Below are positions 19,833 through 32,479 of a stretch of 64,000 bases of DNA, in pieces. The stretch covers positions 256,134-320,133 of the forward strand of contig NIVC01000177.1 of the NCBI GenBank assembly GCA_002269645.1, read 5' to 3'. A program made the translations under genes and the position numbers. The first letter of the stretch is position 1. Each line of letters starts with the position of its first letter. The DNA comes from Macrostomum lignano. Taxonomy: Eukaryota. The notes below the pieces were generated by a model. It was not told where the DNA came from. It searched no databases and saw only the letters and a program-made list of their open reading frames with translations.

Positions 19833-22800
19833 TTAAACAGATGAATTTGGGTGTGAACTTCCTGCAGTGCTGAGAAAGTATTTATCACATCTTTTCAATA
19901 CAAAGTCTTCGAGATCGGGCAGTTTGGCTGCTACTTTCAGGGACCGTAATGACCAATTCATTTTAACAGCTTCATCTTCAGTCTCCACGGCTGCACCTGA
20001 GCGTCTAGCGTCAGATTTTTGCTTGACTAGCACGCAGTGATGGAGGAGCTCTTGAAAGCAGCTCGCACAGGGTGAGCCCACTACAGCCGATGTACAGGCC
20101 CAGCAGCCAGGAAATCGGTGAATGTGTAGGCCCAGGTGAGCATGATCTGAGGCGACTTGATCGACGCTATGGATATCTTGACATTGAGCATGGAGTCCGC
20201 CACGTAGTTTCGAAAGATGCCCTCCAGATGAGCGGAGTGAATGCGCTATCGATCTGCTTTGCAACTGCAATTAGCTGGTGAAGCGCAGGCGCCATCTCCT
20301 TGCTAACTTTGGTGAATCCAGTGACGTATCCGGGATTTTCGTAATTTGCAAAGAATTTCGCGGTTGAGCTGCCGAGCCCGGGACACTTGCTAAATGAGAA
20401 GCTGGCGCTGTACTCCGGATATGAGCAGGGTATCCTGCTTTTGCAATACTCCGTCGCGTTCTGCATGGCGATCTCTTGCAAATCTTTGCTTTCAGCAAAC
20501 TTTTTAAAGCCAGGGAGCGTCACGGTATCGCCATGGCAACGGGTGCGGCACATTGGCGTGGCCAGCTGCGAGCCTGTCAATCAAAATGCTGTTAATTTGC
20601 TCGTAGAGGCAGGCGGCGGTGCTGTAGTTGAATTCTTCCCGCCTTCGAGTCAGTGAGTTGGCGAAGACCACGGGCGATCGGTCGCTGTGGCAGTGTGTTT
20701 TGTAAAGATCCTCACTGCAGGAGTTCTCTAGCATGCTTAGCTTTACTGTGTACTCGTTCCCTGGAGCCATGAGGAAATTATGGCTCCGTATTTTTCGTAC
20801 TTTAGCGACGGATACGCGCCTGGAAGAACGATTAGCATGGAGAAACCGGAAACTTTTAACTGGCTAATTACCTTGGTTGGGTGCCAGTCCTGGAAGGAAT
20901 AAGATTTGTTCTGCTCGTCAGAAATTGGCCGCATTGAGTAGCCAGAATAATTAAAATCCGGGAAATATGGATCCGTCATTAAGTGGATCTCCAGTACGTC
21001 ACTGGAATTGACCAACATCTGTTTGTGCTGGTTACTCAGAACCGGCTGGAAGCATATCAAATTCTCGGGGCTGTCAACTGTCTTCGCTTCAACTTTTTCA
21101 ATGCGAGTGCCTTCGCCAACTGTGGCTCCCAGAATCGCTTGCTCCTTTCTCACTAGAAGGTACTTTTTCAGCAGGTGATGAGGAAATGCCGCCTGCACGC
21201 CGTATGTAAAGAGAAATGCCCGCACAGATGCAAATATGGGTTTTGATTTGTAGCCATAAATCCTGTCAACTACATCGATAAGCCGCTGCACTTCAGCATC
21301 TAGAAAGTGATGTAGCCGCCCTTGTCGCCCGTCCGCTCCGTTGAGAGACGAACGCATGACCAGAGGGGGCAATGACCGTAGGCTGCCTATGATCGGGCAA
21401 TGACCTGACGGACCTCCAGCACCAGACTGTCCCGCCCACATGATTGATAGTTTCGGTAGCGCTTTCGTGACCAGAGGGCCAAGGACCCACATGGACCCCA
21501 CCTGTAGCCAAGGTGCAATAGTTGGTCACTCAGTCAGAGCATGACCGAGTGGCTGCCACCACTCTATGTGACCTGGCGCACCTGGATCTTTCTACCAGAC
21601 CTCTCGAGGCTATAGAGCCCCGTCTGGATTGGTTACCAGGGGATTTAGGCTAACAGGGGAGACGCATTCAGCCGAGTACAGGGACTCTGCTTGGGGCATG
21701 ATCGGGAACTCTGGGCTCAATCTGGAGGATTTCTCAGCAGGGGATCCTTTGTGGCTGTGAGCGAGGCTGACTTGCGGCTTTAATTACTAAGAGTAGTGTG
21801 AGGCGAACATGTACTGTCTATAGTTTAGATTTCTCAGGGCGAAGGGACGCGTCAGCATGGGGTTGCAACCTTCCTACTGCCATTCTGTGCCAAGACTCGC
21901 TAATTCCCTCTACTACCCGCACACGCGGACCCGCAGCACGCACTCACAGGCGGGCTTTGCACAGGGAGAGGCCATTAGCTTACCCAAACTTCCTTATGCT
22001 TTGCCACCCAGGGAGAAAGGCTTAGCAAGCCATGAGTGAAATGATGGTGAACGAGTGAATAATGAGGATGTTAGTAATAGTTTATAATTAGGCCCTTAGG
22101 CGAAATAATCAGGCAATTAGGCGGCTTCACTATTGAATAAATACAGCAAAAGATACGGTATCACAATTGGCTCAGCTCTCTAATCAAGCAATGGAAAATA
22201 GGCGAACCCCGGATAAGCAAAGGCAATTAGAGCACAATTAGTAACAGGAACTTACCGGCGGCTGCACAGAGAGAGAGAGCGACGGAGTGACCGTGGGCGG
22301 CTGTTGGCTGCAGTCGGGCAGGCAGTGAAGCGGCGATGCGCTGAAGCGACGAGGCGCTGCTGTAGTTCAGGCGATGCTGAAGATGATTGGCGGTAACAGA
22401 TCGCGGGCCGGCAGATGAACTCGCTTGGGGAGCTGAAGATAACTTGGCGGTAACAGACCGCGGACCGGCAGAGGTTCGTCCTATAGACGAATGGGTCAGA
22501 TCGAGGTCTGATGGCAAGTCCACAATAGGGACAAGACAAAAGCCTTCTGAGGATTCTCATGCCGAAAACCGCTTCCTTATATAGCCTTCCCAGCCGCCGC
22601 TCCAAGGCCGTTTCCATGACTCCCTCTCTCTGATTGGCTGCCGGCAGAATGACGTCAGAATGAGCATGATGACAAGCATGAGAACAGCATAGCATCATGA
22701 GAAATGGGAAAATTGCGCAATCCGGGTGGGGTGGGGGGATAATTGGCGCAGCGGGAGGTCGAGAAAGTGTTGCGCAAGCAAACATTGAGAACAATGGGGC

Positions 22801-23803
22801 TGGGGTCGAGAACAAAGGAAATGGAAATCGGGGATAATTGGGGAGAATCAAAAACAATAGAAAAGTAAACATTGGAGAAAAGTTGCTAATTGGGTGCGAA
22901 AACGAGAACAAAAGAAAGAGAAAATCTGGGAAAATGTGACAATTGGGTGCGAAGAGGAGAACAAAAGAATCAAAAACGAGAACAATAGAAGCGGAGGTGG
23001 TGTGGGTGTCGCATGAGAAATCTGGGGAGGAGAACAATGGCATGAGAAAGGTTGCGCAAGAGGGGGTGGTGAGTCATCGATGAGTCATCGAGGGGAAAGA
23101 GGGGTCACAGGACTTGCGTCACCGTTTGGGAGTTTTAGTAGGAATGGGGTGACGGTGAGCGCACAAAGTACTGTCAGTAGATACCACAAGAGGGAGGGAC
23201 AGCGCAGGAAAACAGAGCAAAAAGAGACAAAAAGATGGGAAGCGGGAAAAGTGCATAATGAATAGGGTAGAGCGCATAGGAAATAGAGGAACGGGTGAGG
23301 TACAGAGAGGTAGGGGCTCCGGAAAGGCATGTGTGGCTGCGCGGGAGACGGAGCCGAGGCAGCAAGGGGTGCAGCAGAGCGGGAGTCAGCAGGCCTGGTC
23401 AAAGACCTGGCCCAGTCTCGACGGCTCTGCTCAGGAGGTGCACGGAGATCGGAGGTACTTTCGAAAAATTTCCCCTGCCGTATCCCGCGACCAGAGCGTG
23501 GTTACATCAAAAGTCGGCCTCTGATTTTGTCAGCGTGAACGGAAAACGGCCAGAGAAGGGGTTGCTGGGGCAGAAGTACAGGTCCGGGGGCACAAACGGC
23601 ACCTGATCCAGGTGGTACTCCTTTGTCAGCTTGTTCTCCCTGAGTTTGAGCACCAGACTGATGCCACTATTGAGAAACATTCCCAGGCAGATGAGGAACA
23701 GCAGAATCCACATCACGCGGACTGTTCTGTAGCTGGTGGCGGCCGCTCGGCTGATGCCGTGCGCTGAACTCGATGCGATGGCCTCCGCTAGAATCCCCGC
23801 CAT
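19833..23803 (-). pseudogene. DEG/ENaC (ASIC-like) channel pseudogene, intronless, multiple frameshifts, interrupted by an LTR-like insert
   Basis: N-terminal HG motif SSAHGISRA, TM1 VMWILLFLICLGMF and PPDLYFCPSNPF (23803-23510). Ectodomain LICFQ...LEIHL...GFSMLIVLPG.YP, then (fs) MAPGNEY, YSTAACLYEQ, IPCSYPEYSASFSFSKCP. TM2 YTFTDFL(fs)LGLYIGCSGLTLCE with a G-x-S filter. Frame breaks near 23507, 20778, 20505, 20240, 20105 and 20055. Confidence 0.8.
21311..23330 (-). mobile_element. LTR-like insertion (solo or nested LTR; boundaries approximate)
   Basis: Splits the ENaC reading frame. TGTAGCC candidate termini at 21311 and 21503, and GGGGTCACA at 23101-23109. On the minus strand: CCAATCA (~22635), TATATAAG (~22580), a GCCG|GTAAGT donor (~22255) and ATTAAA (~21785). 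No TSD identified. Confidence 0.4.
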
Positions 23804-25229
23804 TGATAGCCTTTGAATTAGACTGACCGCCTGCATGATATTAAACATAGATGGGATAGAATGGGATAAAAGCTAGGTAGATAAAGTGTACATACATAGA
23901 TTACATAGGTTACGTCGGTACATAGATACATAGTTACACAGATGCATAGATGCATACGCTCGTAGGTACATCGGTACATAGATTTATAGATACATAGATG
24001 CATACATACATAGGCAACTAAGTACATGTACGTACTTACAAATGCACTGCTGAATACAGAACTCCTGCAAACGACTGAACGACACAACAAGCCAAAAGTC
24101 AGACAGATACGAAGGGAAAGATTCCACAGTTTTTTAGCCTTTTTTATCTTAGCCAGGGCACTCATGGCTTTTCCGCTTGGGTTGGTCCATGGGAGGAATC
24201 AAAACAAAGTTAACTGGGAGAGGATCATGTGGGTTCTAATTGCGCTATTGGGAAGCCTGCTAGGGTATTCGGATTATTCAGATATAGTTCCATTGGTCGC
24301 TATGAAGTCAAAATTGAGGACTTCCGCCCTCAAATTATGCAAATTATTCTGCCGGATGCATGTGCATTGTATCAGACAACATTTTTGGGGTTTAAAATCG
24401 ATCGGTCACTTTGTTTTAAACGCAATCGAAATGTCTTGGAATGGAAACGTATTATCGATCACGGTGGCAATTTTTCTGTCAGGTCCGGCTATGCGAACGG
24501 CGCAACCAGTGCTTGTCCGCATGTACATGTAGAATTCGAAAGCTGCTCTGTTAATTGGCTTGTAGGAAATGCGAAAAGCGATAACCTTAACTTTTATCCC
24601 GGAAGGCTATGTCCCAGATCCCGCTTTTACGTATAGACAGGTCACAACAGTGGATGAGTATCATGAGTTCGTGTGACTGAGTAGCATGCTTCATGTGGCT
24701 TGTGTACATGTACGATTAGGTCATGGACGAAGTGCGATAATCAGTGTAATATTTGGACAATAGCCAGAGCTAAACATCTTATTCCTACAAATCATTTAAC
24801 TACCTTATACATGTATGAGGCTAAGTAGCCTTAGGACTTTCATAACGGTTGGTGGACATGCTCTTCTCCATAGACTTCTGCGGAGTCTGCGGAGTTCCAT
24901 GCGAACTTGATCAGTAGCTTTTCCCTCCTTTTGCTCCACAGTCACACTGAGACCATGACAATAAGCCTCACCAATAGTCTACCCCCCAGCTTTTTTGTTA
25001 CTGTAAACTGAGCAGGGAGTACAATTCTTTCTCATTGTTTTTGCATCTGAACAGGGGAATTGACACCTCAATTTTCATCGCTCCATCCGCATGCGCACTC
25101 GTGGTTGCCAACCAGATGTACGAGCGCGTACATACACAAAACTTAAGTTATAATAATGGCCGCGAAGCCTCCAAAAAGCCAACACACGGACTCAAAACTG
25201 CGGAATACAAGCCAACTGCTACCGACACG

Positions 25230-26286
25230 ATGCATTCTCTGCTCATCATCTGCGCTGTCATGGCAGCGGCTGCCACGGCCGAGAAGTCCTGCTGGAGTCT
25301 CCAGCGAGGCCACCTGGCCGAGTACTGGGTGCTGGCGGTGAAGCTGGCGGTCAACGACATTCACTGCGTGACTTCTGCTGGTAACGCGGAAGCCGTCTGC
25401 TTCGACGCATCCTCGGGCTCCTGCTCACTGCTGGCCTGCGATTGGGGAGCGATGGACGCCGGCTGGAAGTGCCGGCACGCCAGCGACTTCAGCCTGCCTC
25501 AGCTGTGGGTGAGTGAGATGAGCTTTGCTTTGCGGCTTCTGCACTTTGCAGAATCGCATCAATATGCGTGCACGAAATGCAGCACCGCATCAATATGCGT
25601 GCACGAAATGCAGCACCGCATCAATATGCGTGCACAAAATGTACGAGCGTAGCACCGCATCGCCCATTGCAGATGAGAAAACCGGTGAAGTGCTGGACGA
25701 CCTTCCAGCACAGACTCGACGGCTCCGTCAACTTCAATCGCAGCTGGGCGGAGTACGCGAGCGGATTCGGTCAGGGCGAGAGTCTCAACTACTGGATGGG
25801 ACTGGAGCAGCTCCACCAGCTCACCGCCACTGGAGTGTGGAGAGTCCGCTGGGAGTTCAGCGACTGGAGCGGCACCTGGTACTGGGCTGAGAATGCTCCG
25901 TTCTCTGTTGGCCCAGCGAGCGACAAGTACAGGTGCTCGATGAGACCGCTAGACTCAACTAGATCGAGTGTCGGACAGATGACTACTTCGAACTTCTCGC
26001 CGAACAACTGGCAGTTCAGCACTCCAGACTCTGACAATGACAACTGGAGCGGAGGCAGCTCCACACATAAGGACGGTCCGCTGGCTGGTGGTACAGCGAG
26101 TGCTCATTCATTGACGCCAGCGGAGTCTACAGAGAATATCCCAATATTATCACACAAGGTCTCTATTACTATCTTAATGCATCTGGATCTCGTAGCGCAC
26201 TTGTTTTATCCTACTCGATGAAGAATTTTGAGTGCCTGATCTTTGTGCTCAAAACTGTGATCAAAACTGTGATGAAGACGCTATGA
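25230..26286 (+). CDS. Secreted fibrinogen-related protein (signal peptide, Cys-rich N-terminal domain, FReD domain) with one frameshift
   Basis: Exons 25230-25508 (TGG|GTGAGT) and 25673-26286 (TTGCAG|), phase 0. FReD motifs FQHRLDGSVNFNRSWAEYASGFG, YWMGLEQLHQLT, FSTPDSDND. The GWWYSEC...GVY motif lies in a shifted frame after ~26075. Confidence 0.8.
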
Positions 26287-26813
26287 GAAGCTCAATTTTA
26301 TCTCTATCATCGACTATAAAGCGTGGCCCGGTGGTCCTCCCCAAGGCACAGTGAAGTTTACATGTACATGCTATCGCATTGTGGTACATTATTTCTGAAT
26401 TTTTAAAGCTACCCATGTATAATGTACTTTCCAGTTCGCTAGAGTTGGCTACGCTGAATTAAGACATAAGAACGTGCCTTGTCAGTTTGATAGCCAGTGA
26501 TGTCTTTGCTAACTTCACTTACGAGCGTAAATCAACTCGTTGGCTTAACTACATGTGGTTTTGTAGCCGTTAAGGTATTCATATGTCTTGCTTCACAGAA
26601 TTGGATAGTAGTCAGTTGCCTTCCTTCCTTCTCTGTTTTTTGTGTCGTCAAAAAAGAAGTTGTCGCAACAGAAACCCATAGACAGCATATGGTAGTCAGA
26701 AGTTAAAAAAAGCACACAGAAGCGTTAATAGTGAGTGCTGTTATTGCAAGTGTAGGAACACATCAAAATTAACGATTTGCTATTTAGCCAGCAAACAGCA
26801 AGCAATCGCAAGC

Positions 26814-29800
26814 ATGTCATTCTGGCTGGAACCGGAGTTGCAGCGCTATTTCGACATCGATGCAACCGGTTTGCCGCCACCAATGCGCCAGGAGGCTCCA
26901 AATCCACTGCAGGCATCGCCGCTGTTCCCTTCTGGTAACTCCGCCAAGTCGGCCAACTATTTAGCCGAGCTGAAAGAGAAAGTGACCGCAGCTCTCGCTG
27001 ACGATCCAGCTTTGAGCTTCCTGTTGCGTCTTGACAATGTCCTGGATAGCCGCGACGGTGTTATCACTTGTGTAGCTACGGTTCGGCGCAATGTGCACTA
27101 CCAGGAGTTGCAATATCTGCAACGGTTCAAACAGGTTGCGGAGCCCGCCATTAGAATTCCAACGAATAAGGAGCAGGTAGAAAATATGTCTGAGTAGCCT
27201 TTGAGACTAAACTTTCTCCAGGAGTTTTTTCAGGGACTTTTTGAAATACTGAAGACTCTCAGTCTCAGCAGGCAACACGAAAAACATAAGATCATATGAT
27301 GCAACGCACCATTAGACGCTTCAACAATACACTATTAGATACAGCAACAACACACTATTAGATACATCAACAGCACATCATTTGATGCTTCAACAACACA
27401 CCAATAGAGGTACTTAGAGCACAAAATCAGGGCTGTTAACAGTAATACACCTGAATAACTAGGAACATCATTCGACATCCGACATTGTTCAGACCGAAAA
27501 TGCTACAGTTCAAGCTCACTACTTACAGTAACAATGCAAGTTCCAACTTCTTCCAACGTTGATTTCTCAATCTTTTCTTTCCTCGTTCCAACCCAACCAG
27601 ATGCTGCAGTGCCTGGACCCCAGAACCCTGCGCTGCGGCCAACAGGTGCTGCTAAAAGTGCACGCCCGCGCTCACCCGGCCGAGCCGCTGCAACTGCTTC
27701 GCGAATGGGCCATTCTCAGAGCCGTCCAAGATCCTTCGGCGTTTCCCCGACCCTACCTATTTGGCTGCCTTGGCAACGACTGTTGGCGAGTGGTTTCCGA
27801 GAACAAGAATGATGATAGGCAATTGGTGTTGCATAGGCAGCACTTTCTGCTCTGTCAGTATGTTGAAGATTCGCTGCAGAGAGTCATTAGTGAGTTTGGC
27901 TTGCTATGGCTGTGCCCTCTAAGCTGCCTTTCCTGACACTCCACCGAGTGTTTCCCTGATGGTCCATAGCTCTTATCCCTGACACTCCATTGCTGTGTTT
28001 CCCTGACACTCCATCGCTGTGTTTCCTTGACACTCCGTAGCTGTGTTTCCCTTATGTTCCATCGCTGTGTTTCCTTGACACTCCATCGCTGTGTTTCCTT
28101 GACACTCCATCGCTGTGTTTCCTTGACACTCCATCGCTGTGTTTCCTTGACACTCCATCGCTGTGTTTCCCTTATGCTCCATCGCTGTGGTTCCTTGACA
28201 CTCCATTGCTGTGTTTCCCTTATGCTCCATCGCTGTGGTTCCCTGACACTCCATCGCTGTGTTTCTCTGACACTCCGTAGCTGTCATCCCTGACACTCCA
28301 TCGCTGTGTTTCCTTGACACTCCATCGCTGTGTTTCCCTGACACTCCATCGCTGTGTTTCCTTGACACTCCATCGCTGTGTTTCCTTGACACTCCATCGT
28401 TGTTTCCTTGACACTCCATTGCTGTGTTTCCCTGACACTCCATCGCTGTGTTTCTCTGACACTCCATCGCTGTGTTTCTCTGACACTCCATCGCTGTGTT
28501 TCTCTGACACTCCGTAGCTGTCATCCCTGACACTCCATCGCTGTGTTTCTCTGACACTCCATCGCTGTGTTTCCCAGACACTCCATCGCTGTGTTTCCCT
28601 GACACTTAATCGCTGTGTTTCCCTGACACTCCATCGCTGTGTTTCCTTGACACTCCATCGCTGTGTTTCCCTGACACTCCATCGCTGTGTTTCCCTGACA
28701 CTCCATCGCTGTGTTTCCTTGACACTCCATCGCTGTGTTTCCTTGACACTCCATCGCTGTGTTTCCCTGACACTCCATCGCTGTGTTTCCTTGACACTCC
28801 ATCGCTGTGTTTCCTTGACACTCCATCGTTGTTTCCTTGACACTCCATTGCTGTGTTTCCCTGACACTCCATCGCTGTGTTTCTCTGACACTCCATCGCT
28901 GTGTTTCCTTGACACTCCATCGCTGTGTTTCTCTGACACTCCGTAGCTGTCATCCCTGACACTCCATCGCTGTGTTTCCTTGACACTCCATCGCTGTGTT
29001 TCCCTGACACTCCATCGCTGTGTTTCCTTGACACTCCATCGCTGTGTTTCCTTGACACTCCATCGCTGTGTTTCCCTTATGCTCCATCGCTGTGGTTCCT
29101 TGACACTCCATCGCTGTGTTTCCCTGACACTCCATCGCTGTGTTTCCCTTATGCTCCATCGCTGTGGTTCCTTGACACTCCATCGCTGTGTTTCCCTGAC
29201 ACTCCATCGCTGTGTTTCTCTGACACTCCATCGCTGTGTTTCCTTGACACTCCATCGCTGTGTTTCCTTGACACTCCATCGCTGTGTTTCCCTTATGTTC
29301 CATCGCTGTGGTTCCTTGACACTCCATTGCTGTGTTTCCCTGACACTCCATCGCTGTGTTTCCTTGACACTCCATCGCTGTGTTTCCCTGACACTCCATC
29401 GCTGTGTTTCCTTGACACTCCATCGCTGTGTTTCCTTGACACTCCATCGCTGTGTTTCTCTGACACTCTGTAGCTGTCATCCCTGACACTCCATCGCTGT
29501 GTTTCTCTGACACTCCATCGCTGTGTTTCCCTGACACTCCATCGCTGTGTTTCCTTGACACTCCGTAGCTGTCATCTCTGACACTCCATCGCTGCTTTAC
29601 CATTCCCAATCCTTGTCAAACAACCATTGTACAGACGGCAACCGAGCATCGGTCAAGTGCCTGGACTCGCCAGCAGCAGTGAGACTGTGCCGCGACATGC
29701 TGAACAAAGTCGGCCAGCTGCACAACTCCGGCTGGTCGCACGGCTGCCTTCAACCGTCGAGTTTCGAACTGCTCGGATCCGACGAGATGCTTTTGGCCGA

Positions 29801-30260
29801 CTTTGCTTCGGCAGAGCCGCTCACCCGAAACTGCCTGATCTATCGGGGTGAACGAGAGCGCAGTCTGGTCTACGGTGCTGTTCGATTTTCTCCGAACGTC
29901 AAACTGGAAGCTCCCTACGCTGATTTGGAGAGTCTAGTGTACATCGCCTGCAGCTTGATGTCACCGAAGCATCTGCCGTGGGAGTCGGTAGACTCTGCGC
30001 TACCAAACGAGGCGGCAGTGTCAGCACACAAGCAGGCAGTCTGGAAGTTTGTTGACGAACATTCGGCCACCAACTCGGAATCTGCTGAGGATCTGTGGCG
30101 TCAGTGGCAGCTCAACGAGGTGTTCAACTGTTCCAGCGCAGCTCAGGTTGGCGAACTGCCTGCATTCCGGCTGGCATCCGGGATCCTGCAAGCGTACCGG
30201 GAAAAAGTTGACGGCGAACTACCAAACTGCTCAGCTCTTCTGGACACTCTGCGCTCTTAG
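26814..30260 (+). CDS. Casein kinase 1-superfamily pseudokinase, ~425 aa
   Basis: Exons 26814-27176, 27601-27889, 29635-30260 (phases 0 and 1 consistent). VLLKV, PLQLLREWAIL...FPRPYLFG, HGCLQPSSF (for HRDIKPxNF), LLADFASA, ADLESLVY (for DDLESLGY), LPW. Confidence 0.75.
27936..29595. repeat. 24-bp intronic minisatellite (TGACACTCCATCGCTGTGTTTCCT)
   Basis: About 68 units with shorter and longer variants; fills intron 2 of the pseudokinase gene. Confidence 0.97.
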
Positions 30261-31179
30261 GAGCTGTCTATTTTTCAAACAAAAAGAGCAAAATGTACTT
30301 GAGAAATTCTGCTACATGAGCAACTGCATTTTCGATGCGTCGATTGGGTTTAGTTTGAGAACGGCATCGCGCAGTTATAACAAAACTAACCTTCGCGCCT
30401 TTTCAAATTTAACATTTAAGTTATCTACACATTCCTGACTGTCTGTGTGTCGCGGGTTGTTTGGTCGATAGTTTTCTAATAAGACGCACGCACGTTCGAC
30501 TGAGCTCGACAGTTGCCAAATAAGGATTTTGTTTTAATAACATCCTGGCGGAGAAGAACTTAAGAACCGGCTCTTTGGAGTCCCCTTTTTTCTTTGAAAA
30601 TGCGACTTTGTGGACGAGGTGTCCTCATTTGAACTCAATTAGCACGAATCGTTTGAGCGTGGAACTTATTAACCGCTGATGAAGTGGGGGCTTGACGTAT
30701 TTGTTAATTATTTCTCAATCACGATCTTTCCGAACTTGCAATTAGAATTAATTGGAATTAGAACTTTCGTACATCAATGTGCATTCACTTCTGTGGATGT
30801 GTTCCATTTTGAGGTAGGTTTACAGAGAATTTATTAGCATTAAACTTGAGTTTTTTACAGTCCTGTACGCTTCGCCACCCTCTTTATTTGTTGATTCTCG
30901 GAACCAGCGGTTTTTTTTGATGCCCAAGGTGACTCTAAGAAGTCGGTGCATGTAGGGTCTTTGTAGATTTTTTCTTTGTAGAATCACTGCTACATATACG
31001 CCCTCTCATTTCTGGAATCTGTATTTTGTAATTATTTAACTACCAGAATCCCTATTTTTAGAATTTTAATTTATTATTTAAACTCAATTTCTAAGAACAA
31101 CTGTCTCCTGGAGTCTTCATCTCCTAGAATTTTCATTTTCCAGAATCCTGATCATAGTTTTGAATCTTTGTCTTGAAGC

Positions 31180-31420
31180 CATCATTCAGTCAGTCAGTTT
31201 TTCTCTCTACAATGATCATAATACATTTTCAAAATCTAAGATTCTGCTTTACAAAAAGCATGTTTTTCCTATACTAATCCCTTTAAGCATTGAGCAATTT
31301 CTAAGCCAGGACACATGTACCATTGTACCGTCACAGAAAAATTCTGATCGAACTGTGCAAGTCTCAATAAAATCGGTCAAGCCGTTTTTTTCCTGAAATC
31401 AATCACGACATACGCTCATA
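31180..31420 (+). repeat. Dispersed repeat, copy 1 (a diverged inverted copy lies at 41280-41570)
   Basis: Shares AAAAAGCATGTTTTT, AGCATTGAGCAATTTCT, TGTACCGTCAC and AAAATTCTGATCGAAC.GTGCAAG with the reverse complement of 41280-41570. Confidence 0.7.
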
Positions 31421-32184
31421 GAGACTAACCATGATTATTTGAGTGGAAGAGGAAGACACAATATTTACCGAGTACAGTATTGAGCAATAATTGATCAGAT
31501 ACTCGCACTCTAAGATCGTTCTCTTACGTCGCCAAACGGACTCGAACCAGTTAGTATGGGAGACTGCAAATATAATTCTTATCACACCTCAAAACTAACA
31601 TCTAAATTGATTTGAAAGGCCTGGATATACGGAGTTGCACTTTATTCTGCTGTTGGCTACGCACACAGATGAAGCGAAATTAATCAAAGTTTTTCTAGCC
31701 AGCAGGCTGAGGCAGGGCTTGGCAGTCAATTTTGCATCCAGCGAGAAAAAACTTCACTTCGCCCAAGTTAATTTCATTTTCCAAGGCAAAAATAGCTTGT
31801 TGGGAAGGCACTCCGAAAATCTTAGCCACGTCTTCAAGTACGAGGGGAGAGTCAATCCCAGCCTATAGAAGGATCGAAGCTAAAAAATGAGATTCAAACC
31901 AGCAGAAAAACATGTTTTTTCATAATTTTGTTGTCGATCGTTTGGTGCAGAGCTGTTGGCTACTCGCGGCCAATCGCGACGAGTTAAAACATCTTTCGTA
32001 CTGAGCCGCGAGTTCGGGCACGTGCTTGTTGCCAGGCAATCTTGAGTGGCTCATCTCTCGATCTTCTCTCGGCGGAGATCCACCCCGTTCCTGATGCTGC
32101 CGCGATGTACCTGGTGGACTGACAGATCGTGCTGACCGATTGAACAGTCTCGCCTCTCTCGCTTTTTCAGCTGCGCCATTTCAG

Positions 32185-32470
32185 ATTCTCCCTCTCTCCT
32201 CTCACCTCTCCCTCTCACCTCTCTCCTCTCACCTCTCTCCTCTCACCTCTCTCCTCTCTCCTCTCTCCTCTCACCTCTCTCCTCTCACCTCTCTCCTCTC
32301 ACCTCTCTCCTCTCCCTCTCTCCTCTCACCTCTCTCCTCTCCCTCTCTCCTCTCACCTCTCTCCTCTCACCTCTCTCCTCTCACCTCTCTCCTCTCTCCT
32401 CTCTCCTCTCCCTCTCTCCTCTCACCTCTCCCTCTCTCCCTTTCCCTCTCCTTCTCCCCCTCCTTCTCCA
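32185..32470. repeat. CT-rich low-complexity tract (CTCTCCTCTCAC)n
   Basis: Read directly. Confidence 0.9.
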
Positions 32471-32479
32471 TCAGCTTCT

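Noticed and set aside
22160-22185. ATCACAATTGGCTCAG as an LTR end plus primer-binding site on the plus strand
   Set aside because: TGGCTCAG does not match a tRNA 3' end that I can recall, and the promoter signals point to the opposite strand
24026-24636. Two overlapping plus-strand ORFs, one containing ACPHVHVEF, reminiscent of the M23/LECT2 HxH motif
   Set aside because: No other family motifs, codon usage unlike local genes, and no supporting splice structure; left unannotated
27973-29609. Many long ORFs such as MECQGNTA / TLHRCVSL / QRWSVKET repeats
   Set aside because: They are translations of a stop-free intronic minisatellite. The same applies to the ORFs at 9085-9864, 10634-10900, 40296-40746, 48393-49180, 58122-58355, 58832-59511 and 62028-62508
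30672-30710. CTGATGAAG motif
   Set aside because: No GAAA follows a pairable stem II
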